From an uncultured bacterium (GTDB lineage: Bacteria; Babelota; Babeliae; Babelales; Vermiphilaceae): a stretch of 64,000 nucleotides of DNA. Position 1 is the first letter of the stretch. The number at the start of each line of letters is the position of its first letter. The stretch lies in the NCBI GenBank assembly GCA_963695335.1, contig OY968764.1, positions 544,001 through 608,000 of the forward strand. Direction: 5' to 3'. Of this stretch, positions 49,164 through 60,409 are shown piece after piece. The position numbers were made by a program, and so were the translations under genes. The notes under the pieces are model-generated. The model searched no databases, was not told the origin of the DNA, and was given only the letters and a program-made list of their open reading frames with translations.

Positions 49164-51482
49164 CTATTCTCGCGCTTGCTGATGTACTTTCTTTTCTTGT
49201 TTAATAGTTTCTTCTTGTTCAATAGATTGTATTATGCGAGCAAACAGAGCGTTTTCTTTTTCTTTAAATGCTTTCATTTTATCTGGATCAACTGTATTAA
49301 ATGAAAACACCTTTATTCCGCTATCAGGATTTAATCCGCCATCTTCATCTCTGGTGTTAATAAGAACAAATTCACATATATCTTCAGGGTTTTTATCAAG
49401 ATAATGTACAATTTTTTCAGTATTCGTTGTTGTGCCAACACCGGGAATATTAAATGATAGTTTTGGTCCGCCTGATGTTGTGTAATATACGCATTTATTC
49501 AGTTTGTTTTTGGGTACGGCAATAAGTAATAGTTCACCAAATATGCTTAAAATGTTATATTCTTTTTGTAAGTTTTGCAGCTCTTTTTCATACATATGAT
49601 ACATATTAGAATATCCAAACATGGCAAGTATGTCTTGTATTGAGAACTCTTTTTCTCCCACATTGGTATCGTTGAGTACATAATCGAATGAGCTGCTTCC
49701 TCTTCTATTGGTGTTACCAAACAAAAATTTATTTAAAAACAATAGGGCTTGTCTATTGGAGATGCCTAAGGGATTGTTTTTGGTATCATGAGAAAAAATA
49801 TTTCCTTCTGTGAGTAATTGTTCACGTTTTGCTCTTTCAGATGCAAGAAAACGTTCATTCTTTTTTCCTAAAACAGGATCATCTAAATGGGTAAAAATGA
49901 AATCATCAAGCTCTTTCCTCGATTTATATGAAAATAACTTGCTATAAATATCCGATATAAGTCCGTATTTCCAGCGTCTTCCATGATAAAATATTTCATA
50001 GCCAAGATCATTTAATTGGTTTTCTTTTTGTAGGGTGGCTTGAATCATAGATAAAATATTAGGATTGTCGAATATAATAGGAAATTGTTTTGTTACATCA
50101 GAGGCAAATTTTTCAAGATGTCGGTAAGATGCTGTTTCAGCTTGATTATTTAAGCCCAATGTCTTTATTCTATATACAGATTCGCCTACTGTTGTTTTAA
50201 ATAATTTAATCCCTTGTTCTGTTTGTGATAATTTATTAAATTGTGCCGTAATGGAATTGGTAAGGTCTTTGGCAAACAAAGGACTTTTGTACTGTAAAAA
50301 ATCAAAGACATTTTCAAGTAATAGGCAAAAATCACTGGTATATATGTTATCTGTTGAAAGTTTATTTTTTAAAGCAGAAACGATTTCAGCTATAAGGTCC
50401 TTATTGTTTGTAAAAATTTTTTCGATTGTTTGCAATGCATACTCTTTTTCAATAATCATTACATAGAGCTTTTCTCTCTTTTCTTTATTCTTTTCACTTA
50501 CTATTTTTTGTGTGAGCAAAGATGACATGCTTCCAATAAATGATCGTTTATATTGATTTTTTAGATCGGTACTATGCATATCAAATGTGTTTATTGTTGT
50601 AATAAAACTTTTAATATCATTAGGTAGTATAGTTCCTAATACTGTTGTATTTATACAGCAAGTATAAAAAGGATGATGTATCAGTATTGGAAGAAGTTGT
50701 TCTTTAATAGCATTGATCGTATGGATTTGTGTGGAATCAGTAGTATGAGAAGTTTGTACAAGAATAGTTGAGATGAGTTGGAAAAATTCCGATTTAGTGA
50801 TGTCTTTTGCTGGTAGAGTCTCTATAAAGAGAGGGTCAGTTAGAGTTTCTTGTATAAGAGGAAGAATTTTAATTGATAACGATGGGTCTTTTTTGCATGT
50901 TGTTTCTAAAAACCTAATTCCAGAAAAATCTTTAATAAGCTTGCTAAATACATTTTTTATAGCATTACTATTATTATTTTCTAAAAATGTTTGAGTGTTT
51001 GCGCGTAAAGAACTCGACATATATTTACCAGTACCTAGTTGATAAACAATTTTTGTTGATTGTATAGGACTCATTAAGTTTGTATACCAGTTTGAAAAAC
51101 GATTTTTCAGTGCTGTAAAAAGATTCCAAGAAGAATTATTTTGTACGGGTATAGTGTGATAATTTCTTTTTTGTATGCCCAAAAATGGTGAAGTAGTCTT
51201 GATGGGAGTGTATATACTTGATGAACTTGCTAAAGGTTTTTTTATTAACAAATTAGACTGGTCATTCGATGTTTGTTCTGAAATTTTAATTGGTTCATTA
51301 ATTGGAATATGAATTTGTTGTGGTTTGTTTTGTTGAAACAGTTGTTGCATAGTTTTGAATTTACCAAGATTTTTATACATTTTATTTGTCGTCGTCAACA
51401 TTCCTTGCAATGGCATTGTTCCATATAACAAGATTAATAGTCGAAATGTTTTATTTTTTAGAAATTGCATAAAAAACCTCAT
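49164..51482 (-). CDS. Large hypothetical secreted protein
   Basis: 772 aa, leader ending LQG-M, C-terminal globular domain with FYHG. Confidence 0.8.
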   Translation of the reverse strand: MRFFMQFLKNKTFRLLILLYGTMPLQGMLTTTNKMYKNLGKFKTMQQLFQQNKPQQIHIPINEPIKISEQTSNDQSNLLIKKPLASSSSIYTPIKTTSPFLGIQKRNYHTIPVQNNSSWNLFTALKNRFSNWYTNLMSPIQSTKIVYQLGTGKYMSSSLRANTQTFLENNNSNAIKNVFSKLIKDFSGIRFLETTCKKDPSLSIKILPLIQETLTDPLFIETLPAKDITKSEFFQLISTILVQTSHTTDSTQIHTINAIKEQLLPILIHHPFYTCCINTTVLGTILPNDIKSFITTINTFDMHSTDLKNQYKRSFIGSMSSLLTQKIVSEKNKEKREKLYVMIIEKEYALQTIEKIFTNNKDLIAEIVSALKNKLSTDNIYTSDFCLLLENVFDFLQYKSPLFAKDLTNSITAQFNKLSQTEQGIKLFKTTVGESVYRIKTLGLNNQAETASYRHLEKFASDVTKQFPIIFDNPNILSMIQATLQKENQLNDLGYEIFYHGRRWKYGLISDIYSKLFSYKSRKELDDFIFTHLDDPVLGKKNERFLASERAKREQLLTEGNIFSHDTKNNPLGISNRQALLFLNKFLFGNTNRRGSSSFDYVLNDTNVGEKEFSIQDILAMFGYSNMYHMYEKELQNLQKEYNILSIFGELLLIAVPKNKLNKCVYYTTSGGPKLSFNIPGVGTTTNTEKIVHYLDKNPEDICEFVLINTRDEDGGLNPDSGIKVFSFNTVDPDKMKAFKEKENALFARIIQSIEQEETIKQEKKVHQQARE

Positions 51483-51822
51483 AAAATTAATGCTTTATTA
51501 TAATCAAAATCCATTGTCATTTTCTATTGTAAATTAATAGTATAGCAAAAACAAGGATTTACTTGAAGATATGGAGCAATAATGCGACTGTTGCGCATTT
51601 TACCTTGGGTTTTTTTATTTGCGTTAACTTTTTGATACACCATTAATAGGGTGTTTAGGATGAATGAACGTAGAATATTTCTGTTGTCGTTCAAGTTACA
51701 GAAGTACGAGTAGGGTAATGAGCTCTACGCTTTCCAAAAAAGGAAAATAAGATATTATAGTGTAAGGGGTTAGTTAGCAATAATTAAGATTCGACAAATT
51801 AGTAATAGCGCAGGGTAGGTCA

Positions 51823-53049
51823 ATGTCGAAAAAGTTTTTTCTTTTTACTATAATTTTATGTATATCCCAGATCGGTCATGCAACAATATACGATGATCGA
51901 TTTATTCCTTTATTTGCTCCACAGCAATTTTTTATTGAAGGGTTACCTTCGGCATATGAATTTGATTTTGTCGCGATAACAGCGAGTGAAGCATTTGCTC
52001 GTGATGAAAAAACGGTTGGTATTCCGGAACTGTTTGGAACGTTTGATTTAAATACGTTAGCAACTTCTTTATTAGAAATTACGGGCAAAAGCCCATTACG
52101 TTCTGATTTATTAGGACGAGAACTTCCTTTCTTTGTGAATGGTCGCATTCAAGGGGAAGGTTTTTTTATGCGGTATTGCCAAGCGTTCAAAGATTATTTT
52201 ACACTCGGTTGTGAATTTTATTTTTTTAAAACAAACTCACGGCAGACATTCCGTCTTGATATGGAGAAAGTAAGAAATTTAAAGCCGGGAGATATTAATG
52301 AAATTGAACGCTCACAACGATTAGCGTTTGAAGAGATTGGACTGTTTTCAACAGATGCACCACAGCACGGATTAAGTGATATTGATCTGTATTTCCGTGG
52401 TGGTAAACAATGGGATTACGCACTTAAGTGCCGTAAAATTTATGCAGGGCTTACTCTTGGTGGTTTTATTCCAACAGGAGTAAAAAGAAACATATTTAAT
52501 CCAGCATCAATTCCGTATGGTGGTGATGGTTTTGGTGGTGTGTATGTTAAAGGCGATGCGCTTTTTGAACTGAAAGAAGATATTAAAGTTGGTTTCTTGT
52601 TGCAGGTGAGTAAACGAATTGCTCGCACTCTTACTGCTCGTATGCCAATGGTAGCAAGTGAACCGTATATTTTTGGACCAATTATAGGGCAAGCTCATAT
52701 CAGCCCAGGTGCAACATTAGGATTTTCACCGTACTTTGTGTTAGAAAATTTACGTGGAGGTCTTGGCTTGGGAATTCATTATACATTAGTATCGCACTGG
52801 AAAGATTGTTGGCAAGATCGTCGGAAAGATAAAACAATTCCGGTTAATTTGTCACAAGTTATAGAAACTTCAAAATGGGGTGCTGACTATTTTACCATCG
52901 ATGTTTTTTATGATTTTGGAAAACAGAATACAAAGCATATTATAGATCCAATTGTCTTTTTCAGATGGGATGTTCCATCTATGCTTTTTGTATCACATAA
53001 TGTTCCTAAGACCAATAAAATAGCCTTGGGCGTTGAGTTGGCATATTAA
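51823..53049 (+). CDS. Hypothetical exported protein, possibly outer-membrane beta-barrel
   Basis: Signal peptide (GHA), alternating beta patterns, C-terminal aromatic (VELAY). Confidence 0.6.
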   Translation: MSKKFFLFTIILCISQIGHATIYDDRFIPLFAPQQFFIEGLPSAYEFDFVAITASEAFARDEKTVGIPELFGTFDLNTLATSLLEITGKSPLRSDLLGRELPFFVNGRIQGEGFFMRYCQAFKDYFTLGCEFYFFKTNSRQTFRLDMEKVRNLKPGDINEIERSQRLAFEEIGLFSTDAPQHGLSDIDLYFRGGKQWDYALKCRKIYAGLTLGGFIPTGVKRNIFNPASIPYGGDGFGGVYVKGDALFELKEDIKVGFLLQVSKRIARTLTARMPMVASEPYIFGPIIGQAHISPGATLGFSPYFVLENLRGGLGLGIHYTLVSHWKDCWQDRRKDKTIPVNLSQVIETSKWGADYFTIDVFYDFGKQNTKHIIDPIVFFRWDVPSMLFVSHNVPKTNKIALGVELAY

Positions 53050-53065
53050 AATAATAAGGAAATAA

Positions 53066-54121
<1,056 letters not shown>

Positions 54122-54130
54122 TTAAAATTC

Positions 54131-54910
54131 GTGGCATATTCACAAGGCATTCCTTTAAAAAAACAGTTTGGGCAGCATTTTTTGCGTGATACACGCATAG
54201 TTCACAATATGATTTTTGCAGTTGAAATAAAACCAACAACATCAATTTTTGAAATTGGTTGTGGTGATGGTTTTTTAACTAAACATATTTTAGATACGGT
54301 AGCAGCACGATTAGAAATATTTGAAATTGATCCAGATTGGGCAAACTACGTCAGAGAAAAATTTGGTAGTGATGCTCGCCTGACGGTTAATTTAGAAAAT
54401 TTTCTTGATGCAGATTTGAGTAGACTGCAACCGCATGCACCATGGACAATTTTAGCTAACCTGCCGTATCAAGTAACATTTCCGATTTTGCATAAGTTTC
54501 AAGAAAATCGCCACCTTATTAAAGAGGGTGTTGTGATGGTGCAAGAAGAAGTTGCACAAAAAATTGTCAAACAAAAAGGGCGTGGGTATGGATTTCCGTC
54601 GCTCTTTTTTCAGTATTATTTTGATTGGAAGTTACTCGACAAAGTTCCGCCAACAGCATTTCATCCAGCTCCTAAAGTTTTTTCTAGAACTCTATATTTT
54701 AAAACGCGTGATAATGTTGCAGAAATCCCAGAAGAAGAAAAATTTTGGAAATTTATTAAGCATGCATTTAAGCAACCACGTAGAACACTGAAAAATAATC
54801 TTGCGCATACGCATTATGATATGGATAAAATATCTGATGCTACATTGCTTTTGCGTGCACAAGAACTGTCTATAAAAGATTTGTTAGATATTTGGGAACT
54901 GATTAGGTAG
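54131..54910 (+). CDS. rsmA: 16S rRNA adenine dimethyltransferase
   Basis: KKQFGQHFL, EIGCGDG, ANLPY, MVQEEVA, F.PAPKV.S, F.QPRRTL.NNL. Confidence 0.96.
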   Translation: MAYSQGIPLKKQFGQHFLRDTRIVHNMIFAVEIKPTTSIFEIGCGDGFLTKHILDTVAARLEIFEIDPDWANYVREKFGSDARLTVNLENFLDADLSRLQPHAPWTILANLPYQVTFPILHKFQENRHLIKEGVVMVQEEVAQKIVKQKGRGYGFPSLFFQYYFDWKLLDKVPPTAFHPAPKVFSRTLYFKTRDNVAEIPEEEKFWKFIKHAFKQPRRTLKNNLAHTHYDMDKISDATLLLRAQELSIKDLLDIWELIR

Positions 54911-54920
54911 CTTGAAAGTT

Positions 54921-55017
54921 TCTTGTAAGTTCGCAGATAAATTCGAAAATACAAGAAAAATCCTTGATTTTTATATATTTTCCTTGTAAATTCGAAATTA
55001 GATTCGAAAATACAAGG
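54921..55017. promoter_or_regulatory. Tandem pair of 36-bp palindromic sites upstream of ATPase gene
   Basis: tcttgtaagttcgcagataaattcgaaaatacaaga and ccttgtaaattcgaaattagattcgaaaatacaagg, 61 bp apart. Confidence 0.6.
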
Positions 55018-55024
55018 AACTTTT

Positions 55025-56245
55025 ATGAATAGAGAAAAATATTTAGAGGCTATTACTACCCAATTCCGGGTACATGAAGTATGCGCCATACTTGGCCCCC
55101 GGCAGGTGGGTAAAACAACTTTAGCCAAAATGTACGTTGAACAACATTTCCAGAATAATGCCCATTTCTTTGATTTAGAAAACCCCGCTGATCTTGAACG
55201 TTTAGAAAATCCCATGTTGGCGTTCCAAAGCATTTCACAAGAACTGATTGTTATTGATGAAATCCAATTGAGGCCTAATTTATTTCCCATTTTACGCGTC
55301 CTTGTTGATGCAACACGAGTACCTCTTGGCGAAAAGATTAGTAATGAAATACGCAAGAAACAAAAAAAGTTTCTTATTTTAGGCAGCGCGTCACGCGATC
55401 TTATTCGTCAATCATCAGAAACGCTTGCGGGACGTATTGGCTATATTGAATTACCTCCTTTTACATTATCTGAGGTACAAGATAGCATGCAACTCTGGTT
55501 GCGTGGTGGATTTCCTATTTCATATTTAGCTAGTACTGATGCAGATAGTTATGTATGGCGACGCAGTTATATTGCTACATTTTTAGAACGGGATATTCCA
55601 AATCTTGGATTTGATGTTCCTGCAATACAAATGCGTAGATTTTGGTTAATGCTTGTGCATTATCATGGGAAAACATTTAATGCAAGTGAAATTAGTAGAT
55701 CATTGGGCGTATCAGATCATACCGTGCGCAAATATCTCGATATTTTAGCGGGTACTTTTATGGTGCGAGAATTAGTGCCTTGGTTTGAAAGTATACAAAA
55801 AAGACAGGTTAAATCTCCTAAAATTTATTTTCGCGATAGTGGTATTTTGTATGCATTAATTGAACTTACAACGCAAGATCAGTTATATGTTCATCCCCGC
55901 CTTGGAGCTTTCTGGGAAGGTTTTGCATTAGAGCAGATTATTGATGCATGTGATGCAACTCCAGAAGAGTGTTATTTTTGGGCAACACAGGCAGATGCTG
56001 AGCTAGATTTGTTGATTATAAAAAATAATAAACGGATAGGGTTTGAGATTAAATATAGTGATGCACCAAAAACTACCAAATCAATGCGCATTGCATTGCA
56101 AGATCTTAAACTTGATCAACTGATTGTTGTGTATCCTGGTGATCAGCATTATCCTCTGGACAGTAAAATTACAGTGTATGGTTTGAAAGTAATTACTCAA
56201 TACGATGTCATGCAAAAATTATGGTCATCGAATTATATAGAATAA
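55025..56245 (+). CDS. AAA+ ATPase, AAA_14/DUF4143 type, with wHTH and nuclease-like tail
   Basis: GPRQVGKT, IVIDEIQ, LGSAS, ETLAGR, RGGFP, KSPKIYFRDSG, ELDL...FEIK. Confidence 0.92.
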   Translation: MNREKYLEAITTQFRVHEVCAILGPRQVGKTTLAKMYVEQHFQNNAHFFDLENPADLERLENPMLAFQSISQELIVIDEIQLRPNLFPILRVLVDATRVPLGEKISNEIRKKQKKFLILGSASRDLIRQSSETLAGRIGYIELPPFTLSEVQDSMQLWLRGGFPISYLASTDADSYVWRRSYIATFLERDIPNLGFDVPAIQMRRFWLMLVHYHGKTFNASEISRSLGVSDHTVRKYLDILAGTFMVRELVPWFESIQKRQVKSPKIYFRDSGILYALIELTTQDQLYVHPRLGAFWEGFALEQIIDACDATPEECYFWATQADAELDLLIIKNNKRIGFEIKYSDAPKTTKSMRIALQDLKLDQLIVVYPGDQHYPLDSKITVYGLKVITQYDVMQKLWSSNYIE

Positions 56246-56248
56246 TAA

Positions 56249-57700
56249 TTATTCGTTATTATCAATAACTGATAAACTACGTTTACGCATGCGGCGGTTA
56301 CGTTTGTATGATCCACCGCGAGATTTGCGATCATCATAAATTTTGTAGTACTCTTTTGCTTTATCAAATGCATCTTGTACATGTCCTTGATATTCATCTT
56401 CAAATGAACTATCAATAGCAACTTTGTTAGCAGTAAAGATGAGTTTATCCATTTCTTCTTGTGATAAGAATGGGAAAATGTGAGTAAAATTAGCATATTT
56501 TCTTTGTTTGATGAGCATAACATCAAATTCTGGACGTATATCTACAATAATTGGATATGGGGTGACAATTTCATCCCGTATTTCTCTGATGTGGTATAAA
56601 ACGTAAGGAATGAACACAAAAGCTGGCAATGGATGAATAACAAAACTTTCACGGTAATATTTTGGCGACCACCCAAAAAACCAGAATTCAAGATGTCCTG
56701 GTGAACAATCACGCAATAAGTGAGATTTGCCTGATATAATACTTGGATTGTTAAAGTTCATACGAGCAGCTTGTTTTTTGGGACTGTCATTTTTTGTTTT
56801 TGCACTTCGTATAAATCTCATATCTATTTGCATCAACTTTTTTGGCACTTTAAAGTTGTTACTATTTCTGAAATATCGGCGTGAAAACACACGATTAAAT
56901 GAGAAAAAGTCTATTCGTTGTATACGATCTTTTTGCGAAAAGAAATGATATATCTTTTTAAATATTGGATCGCTTGCTAAATAATCAGTCTCTGTTTGTA
57001 TCGGCACACCTACTAAAATAAGTTCATCGATAGAGATAGGGGAATGCGGATATACATTCTGGCGTGCAGCTGCAACGTTAAGACATACGTTACCACCATG
57101 GCTGTACCCAACAAGACGAATTTTTGGGAAAATGCCACGTTTCCAATATTTTTCTTCTAATTCATCAGTAAGTTGTTCGAGCAGCTTAACCGCATCAGCA
57201 TAACGGGATGTAGGGCTTAAAAGGCCTGACCACCCAAATGTATAGTAATGGTTTGTTTCTTGAGGGTACACAAGTTTTGTAACGTCATCATAGATTTGGG
57301 CTATTGCATTGGTTGCATGCCCAGGCTGCAGATCGTTTAGATCGATTTTTTTGAGCCCAAATTCTTGCATTGCTTGGTTGAGATAGAAATAGGGGTTTAA
57401 ACGCATGTATTCAACTGTTTTTGAGTAGATGGTGTGGTGTACATCGTCACGTACAAAGCGCATCACGTTTTGTATGGTTAAATGCGGCTGAATGCTCATA
57501 ATGCCATGAATAAAAATGGTTACCCATACTTCTGGTTTATCTGTATTGATATCAATAGGGTTAGTATCACTTTGCATAGCAGCATGAAAAAGCTTTGATT
57601 TCTTACGCTTTCTAGCTGCATCAAGTGAGCTTACACCTAAAAAAAGGCTTGCTGTGCAAAGATATGTAAAGAAAAGTACCCATTTTTTGCTGTTTTTCAT
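56249..57700 (-). CDS. Secreted alpha/beta-hydrolase-like protein
   Basis: IFIHG, FGWSG, VGYSHGGNV nucleophile elbow, signal peptide. Confidence 0.7.
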   Translation of the reverse strand: MKNSKKWVLFFTYLCTASLFLGVSSLDAARKRKKSKLFHAAMQSDTNPIDINTDKPEVWVTIFIHGIMSIQPHLTIQNVMRFVRDDVHHTIYSKTVEYMRLNPYFYLNQAMQEFGLKKIDLNDLQPGHATNAIAQIYDDVTKLVYPQETNHYYTFGWSGLLSPTSRYADAVKLLEQLTDELEEKYWKRGIFPKIRLVGYSHGGNVCLNVAAARQNVYPHSPISIDELILVGVPIQTETDYLASDPIFKKIYHFFSQKDRIQRIDFFSFNRVFSRRYFRNSNNFKVPKKLMQIDMRFIRSAKTKNDSPKKQAARMNFNNPSIISGKSHLLRDCSPGHLEFWFFGWSPKYYRESFVIHPLPAFVFIPYVLYHIREIRDEIVTPYPIIVDIRPEFDVMLIKQRKYANFTHIFPFLSQEEMDKLIFTANKVAIDSSFEDEYQGHVQDAFDKAKEYYKIYDDRKSRGGSYKRNRRMRKRSLSVIDNNE

Positions 57701-57943
57701 CTTTAGTCCCTAATAAAAAAGTGCTTCAAAGAGCTTAGTATAGCAAAAAAATGCTTAATCTTAAGAGTTTTTTGTTTTTTGCTATTTCTATTCTCAAATC
57801 TAGCATAGCACAAATCATATAAAAATTTCAAATAGATCATAGTGAAAAGGGCGGTTGTTGAGGGTAAAAGCTCTTTTATTGTAAAAATAGCCATTTTTTT
57901 TTACTCTCAATAATGATTTTGAGCTTTAATACAGGAGGATAGC

Positions 57944-58600
57944 ATGGGACTTAAAAGAATTCGTGTGTGTGTTGTGCTCAGTTGGCGTTTGTTGCGTGTT
58001 TTTATCCAGATACTGGATGGGGTATGGCGTATTTCAAAGCTGTCACACCCTCGGATAACTATTTTTGGGAGTTCAAAAATTTCTAGTACCGATAAATATG
58101 CTCAGGAAGCGCAACAGGTGGCAAGATGGTTAGTAGAAAGTGGGATGTCTGTTTTGACAGGTGGAGGCCCTGGTATTATGGCAGCAGCAAATCTTGGTGC
58201 TCAATCTGTTCCTACTGATGAGGCAAGGAGTGTTGGGGTTGGTTTACGGGGGCTTCATGAAGAAAAAAATATTTATGTACAAGAGTATTTTGAAATGGAC
58301 TACTTTTTTGCTCGCAAATGGCTGTTAACACAATATTCTACGGGTTTTATTGTGTTTCCTGGTGGATTTGGCACACTTGATGAGCTTTCTGAGATACTGA
58401 CGCTCATTCAAACAGCTCAAATGAAAAAAGTTCCAGTAGTATTAATGGGTAAAGAGTTTTGGCAGCCTTTTATTGATTGGATGACTCAAGAGCCGCTTTC
58501 GCATGGGTTGGTTACTGCTGAACATTTGAAGCTGCTGAGTATAACTGATGATCCGTATAAGGCTTTTTGCTTTGTGCAGGGGAAATGTAAAATAGAGTGA
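57944..58600 (+). CDS. LOG family nucleotide hydrolase
   Basis: TGGGPGIMAA, FFARK, PGGFGTLDE. Confidence 0.93.
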   Translation: MGLKRIRVCVVLSWRLLRVFIQILDGVWRISKLSHPRITIFGSSKISSTDKYAQEAQQVARWLVESGMSVLTGGGPGIMAAANLGAQSVPTDEARSVGVGLRGLHEEKNIYVQEYFEMDYFFARKWLLTQYSTGFIVFPGGFGTLDELSEILTLIQTAQMKKVPVVLMGKEFWQPFIDWMTQEPLSHGLVTAEHLKLLSITDDPYKAFCFVQGKCKIE

Positions 58601-58645
58601 GTGGTTCTTTTTTTACCTGGTAGATGTGATATAGTTAAGAAAGTA

Positions 58646-58823
58646 TCCGCATACCCTTCGATACGTTTTTGAAGACAAAAACACTCAGGGCGAGCGGAGA
58701 AAACAATGTTTAGTCGGTTTAGAGTAAGAGTGCTTATCCCCGCTCGCTTAACCCCATCTTCAGTTCCTTCCGACGGGGACCCCGATTGGAACGAAGTGAA
58801 AATTGGGGATAAAAGAGTGCGGA
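58646..58823. repeat. Family-A pair, second copy carrying a family-C module
   Basis: Reverse A 58646-58698; ccgctcgc[ttaaccccatc..cggggaccccgatt..aattggggataaa]agagtgcgga. Confidence 0.9.
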
Positions 58824-58846
58824 AATAAATTTTATAGGGCTAGTAT

Positions 58847-59500
58847 ATGATGAAAAATAGTGTCAAAGTTGCATCCTTTGCTGGTATAGCAAAAATTTCA
58901 GGACTGATGAAAATCAGTTTTTTAGTTGGATCTCAGATGATATGGTTCTCTGCAACTAACAGTGTTTTACCATTAGCTGGTGCTTTTGGTGGTGTTATGG
59001 GCAGTGGACTTGTTTTTTTTATTCGCCAATTAATTCATTTCATGTTCTTTAAAACAGTTTCTTTGAGTTTCCTTGCTTTTTGTATTCCAGGATTATGTGC
59101 ATCGCTCTATTGGTCTACACAACATTATACAATTCGTTTATTATTGCCTATCGTTTGCATGGGATTGTTTGTTATTCATCCTGTTGGCGCGCAGGCATTT
59201 GTCTATTCTTTGTACTGGTTAATTCCAGTTGTTTTATTTTTTATTCCACAAACACAAAAATCATTGTTCTTACAAGCTTTTGGCAGCACATTTATAGCAC
59301 ATGCAGTTGGTTCGGTTATTTGGTTATATACAGTACCAATGACTGCTGCGATGTGGATGGGGCTTATGCCGATAGTATTGTTTGAGCGCATTGCTTTTGC
59401 GCTTGGTATGGTTATTGCACATTATGTTATATCATTTATTTTTGGAATGATTGATATGATGTGTGTTGCTGACAAAACAGTTGTCCCAGCGGTTCGTTAA
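58847..59500 (+). CDS. Integral membrane protein, possibly ECF S-component-like
   Basis: 217 aa, 6-7 TMs, PLAGAFGG motif. Confidence 0.6.
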   Translation: MMKNSVKVASFAGIAKISGLMKISFLVGSQMIWFSATNSVLPLAGAFGGVMGSGLVFFIRQLIHFMFFKTVSLSFLAFCIPGLCASLYWSTQHYTIRLLLPIVCMGLFVIHPVGAQAFVYSLYWLIPVVLFFIPQTQKSLFLQAFGSTFIAHAVGSVIWLYTVPMTAAMWMGLMPIVLFERIAFALGMVIAHYVISFIFGMIDMMCVADKTVVPAVR

Positions 59501-59536
59501 GGCTTATTCAAAAATTAAAAATTTGGTTATTTGAGT

Positions 59537-59688
59537 CGTTCGCTCATTTTTATCCCCAATTTCCACTTCATTCCAATCGGGGTCCCCGTCGAAATGAAAT
59601 GAAGATGGGGTTAAACAAGCTCAATGCGAACGGAAAGAAAAATTTTATTGTTCCCCGTTCGTGCTGAGCCTGTCGAAGCATACGAACG
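59537..59688. repeat. Family-A variant pair, first copy carrying a family-C module
   Basis: cgttcg..ccccaatt..atcggggtccccgtc..gatggggttaaacaagctcaatgcgaacgg; ccgttcgtgctgagcctgtcgaagcatacgaacg. Confidence 0.9.
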
Positions 59689-59708
59689 ATTAAAAGATAT
59701 TTACAACA

Positions 59709-60401
59709 ATGCTAACACATCTCGCGTGTATTATGGATGGTAATCGCCGCTGGGCCCTCAAGCAGGGGTTTGCATCTTGGTTTGGACATAAAAAAGGGCT
59801 AGACGCGGTACAATGTGTCATTGATTTTTGCTTAGAAAAAAATATTACATATCTTTCTTTGTATGCATTTTCTATAGAAAATTTAGAGCAACGTTCTTCA
59901 ATAGAGCAAAATTATTTGTTTGAAGTTTTGGCCCAAGAAGCATTACACAATATTGATGCATTTAAAAATAAAAATGTGCGTGTAAAATTTGTTGGTGATC
60001 GTACGTTGTTTCCCCTAAGCATGCAATTTGTATGTGAACAAGCAGAAAATGCAACATCAGCTGGAAATGCATTGCAGGTTAATTTTTTACTTTGTTATGG
60101 GGGGCAACAAGAAATAGTTGATGCAGCAAAACGCATTGCCACGCAAGTTGCGCAAGGCAATATTTCTACTCAAGATATTACATCTGATCTTTTTGAAAAA
60201 TATTTATGGACTTCTGGTATACCATCACCCGATTTGATTATTCGCACCGGTGGTCAGCAACGTTTAAGTAATTTTTTACTGTTCCAATGCGCGTACAGCG
60301 AACTCTATTTTCTTGACTGTTTGTGGCCAGACATTTCATCACCGCAATTAGAATCGGCACTCACTTATTTTAATGAGTGCCGAAAAAACTTTGGTAAGTA
60401 A
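59709..60401 (+). CDS. uppS: Undecaprenyl diphosphate synthase
   Basis: HLACIMDGNRRWA, YAFSIEN, YGGQQEI, PDLIIRTGG..RLSNFLL.Q..YSEL. Confidence 0.97.
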   Translation: MLTHLACIMDGNRRWALKQGFASWFGHKKGLDAVQCVIDFCLEKNITYLSLYAFSIENLEQRSSIEQNYLFEVLAQEALHNIDAFKNKNVRVKFVGDRTLFPLSMQFVCEQAENATSAGNALQVNFLLCYGGQQEIVDAAKRIATQVAQGNISTQDITSDLFEKYLWTSGIPSPDLIIRTGGQQRLSNFLLFQCAYSELYFLDCLWPDISSPQLESALTYFNECRKNFGK

Positions 60402-60409
60402 CAGTTTAA

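Noticed and set aside
51628..51670. Highly decayed family-A copy
   Set aside because: Some resemblance to 21397-21436 but too degenerate to call
55308..55350. Possible B-module remnant (cttggcgaa) in the ATPase linker
   Set aside because: Only about 9 nt match and no hairpin
58601..58846. Riboswitch upstream of the S-component-like gene
   Set aside because: The structured sequence is fully explained by A and C repeats
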